A stretch of 64,000 nucleotides of DNA, taken from positions 103,914,001 to 103,978,000 of the forward strand of contig CM059431.1 in NCBI GenBank assembly GCA_030390025.1. Reading direction: 5' to 3'. This document shows positions 62,341 through 64,000 of the stretch, piece by piece. The DNA is from Squalus acanthias (Eukaryota). Both the position numbers and the translations under genes were made by a program. The notes under the pieces are model-generated. The model did no database searches, was not told the origin of the DNA, and saw nothing but the letters and a program-made list of their open reading frames with translations. Position 1 is the first letter of the stretch. Every line of letters starts with the position of its first letter.

Positions 62341-62660
62341 TCACAGAATCACAGAATCCCCACAGTGCAGATAGAGGCCATTTCGGCCCATCGAGCCTGC
62401 ACCGACACATATCCCACCCTATCCCCATAACCCCACCTATTTAATCCCCCTAACACTAAGCGTCAATTATATCATAGCCAAATCAATCTAACCCACACAT
62501 CTTTGGACTGTGGGAGGAAACCGGAGCACCCTGGAGGAAATCCACGCAGACACGGGGAGAATGTGCAAACTCCGCACAGACAGTCACCCGTGGCCGGATT
62601 CGAACCCAGGTCCCTGGCGCTGTGAGGCAACAGTGCTAACCACTATGCCACCGTGTCGCC
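62341..62660 (-). mobile_element. HE1-type V-SINE
   Basis: tRNA head ggtggcatagtggttagcac...ggttcgaatcc, V-domain ggagtttgcacattctccccgtgtctgcgtgg, CR1-like (ATTCTGTG)n tail. Confidence 0.88.
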
Positions 62661-64000
62661 AGGTTGCTGGAAATAATTTTGTTGCTCTCTCCCTTTGTCT
62701 GTTACTGTTTTCTTTCTTTGTATGCTCCCTCTCACTCTCTTATTCCCCATCTGGGTCTGCCTTTGTGATTTTTGTTTTAAGCAAAAAGTGGACAAGGGCA
62801 CAAAGCCGTGTTTCACCCAACAAAGACAGGGAATTTCAGCTGCCCCTTGTGTGTCTGTTATTCTTGCCGCCCTTTCTCTCTATGTTTCTCCGTCCCTGTG
62901 TCTCTGTTGACTCCTCCTCGCACTTCTCGCTTGAATTTACTTTTTCTTTCAGTGTTTCGATTCCAGCAATGTTGTCTGGGCTTTTCCAACTGATTGCAGT
63001 TACCTCCAGCGATCTCTTCCAAGTCTAGGTCTCCACCACTGCGCTCATGCCCCTCCGTTTCCCAGGTCTTTGAGCAGCTGAAGAGGGTGCTGCATAAGTT
63101 CCTTCCCTGCTGCCCCAAACCCCTGAACAGCTGATCAATGTACGTGTAGCAAGATTGAAAAGATAAATTCGAGCTAAGCAAGACCTGTGTGTGGCTGAGA
63201 ATCAGTGGACCCCTCTTGGGTTTGGTGGCTCTGACAACTGTAGCATTCACTGGTGCCTTTAAGGCAGCGTTGTCTCTTGTGCCCCAACAATCACCTCAGT
63301 TTCAACTTGAGAAAGGGAATACCAGTGGAAATTTTCCATTAACCTCTCCAGCCATCCTTCGATTCTATGTTGACCCCTTTGAAGGTGAGTTTCTGTTATT
63401 TTATGCTGTGGATTTATCCTGGGTTAAAGCTGCCCAAGCTCATTTCAATTAGGATCGGTACGATTGCAAGGAAGAAGAGACTTTTATTCCACCTGCGTTC
63501 CGTACTCTCCGCTGCGCTAAAGTCCAGGTGGTGGAAGGATGGCACGCCAACAACTGCAAAGCCCTGGTCTTTCCAGCAGCAACTTTAACCTTCGGTTTCT
63601 TCAGTTGAAGAGGCTGATAGATTCGCATTGCACGGATGCAGCTACCCAATGTATTATGTTATTTTACAACAAAGAACATAGAAGGAAGCAACAGCGACTG
63701 AGCGAGCTTAAGGTCAAACATAATGACAGAAGTGCTTTAAAGATATTGGAATGCAGAACATTGGGCCAGGAATAGAATAACCTGCAATAGGAGAGGGAAA
63801 AAAGAAACAAATGAGAATTTGGTCATAGCCTGAGCAATTTAGGTTGTAGTGATCAGAATGAGATTAAAACACCAGGATGAAGAATATTAGATTCCCCAGG
63901 TTTGCTCAAAGATAATAAGGGAATGTGATCAAGCAGAAACCCAATTAAAGTTTTTGATTGAGTTTCGAAATATATCCCACTTTTCCTATAATTGATTTGT

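Noticed and set aside
1..64000. Host protein-coding genes among the listed ORFs
   Set aside because: The recognisable ORFs are TE fragments or antisense and shifted frames of repeats; the rest are short and resemble no family I know. Small real exons cannot be excluded.

Overview
Eukaryotic, repeat-dense, intergenic or intronic DNA. It is almost certainly from a cartilaginous fish (shark), judged from an HE1-type V-SINE, many SacSINE1-like Deu-domain SINEs, elasmobranch-type CR1 and L2 LINEs, and shark-type Penelope termini. I cannot recognise any host protein-coding gene. Every interpretable ORF is a transposon fragment (CR1/L2 reverse transcriptase or endonuclease, Harbinger DDE transposase, Harbinger Myb/SANT protein). 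The notable structure is non-coding. (1) Five Penelope-like insertions with target-site duplications: four keep a minimal hammerhead ribozyme, and two are fold-back palindromes, one centred on the predicted cleavage site. (2) A ~1.06 kb inverted duplication around a promoter-like spacer, with outward-facing splice donors in both arms and an RFX X-box plus octamer nearby. (3) A microhomology-joined three-piece local duplication. (4) Several PIF/Harbinger MITE families with 3-bp TSDs and internal hairpins. (5) Three SINE/LINE tail-sharing pairs. (6) Solo LTRs, including an unusually long 1.7 kb one with a perfect 4-bp TSD. Family names come from sequence recall, not database searches, and coordinates of degenerate repeats are approximate.
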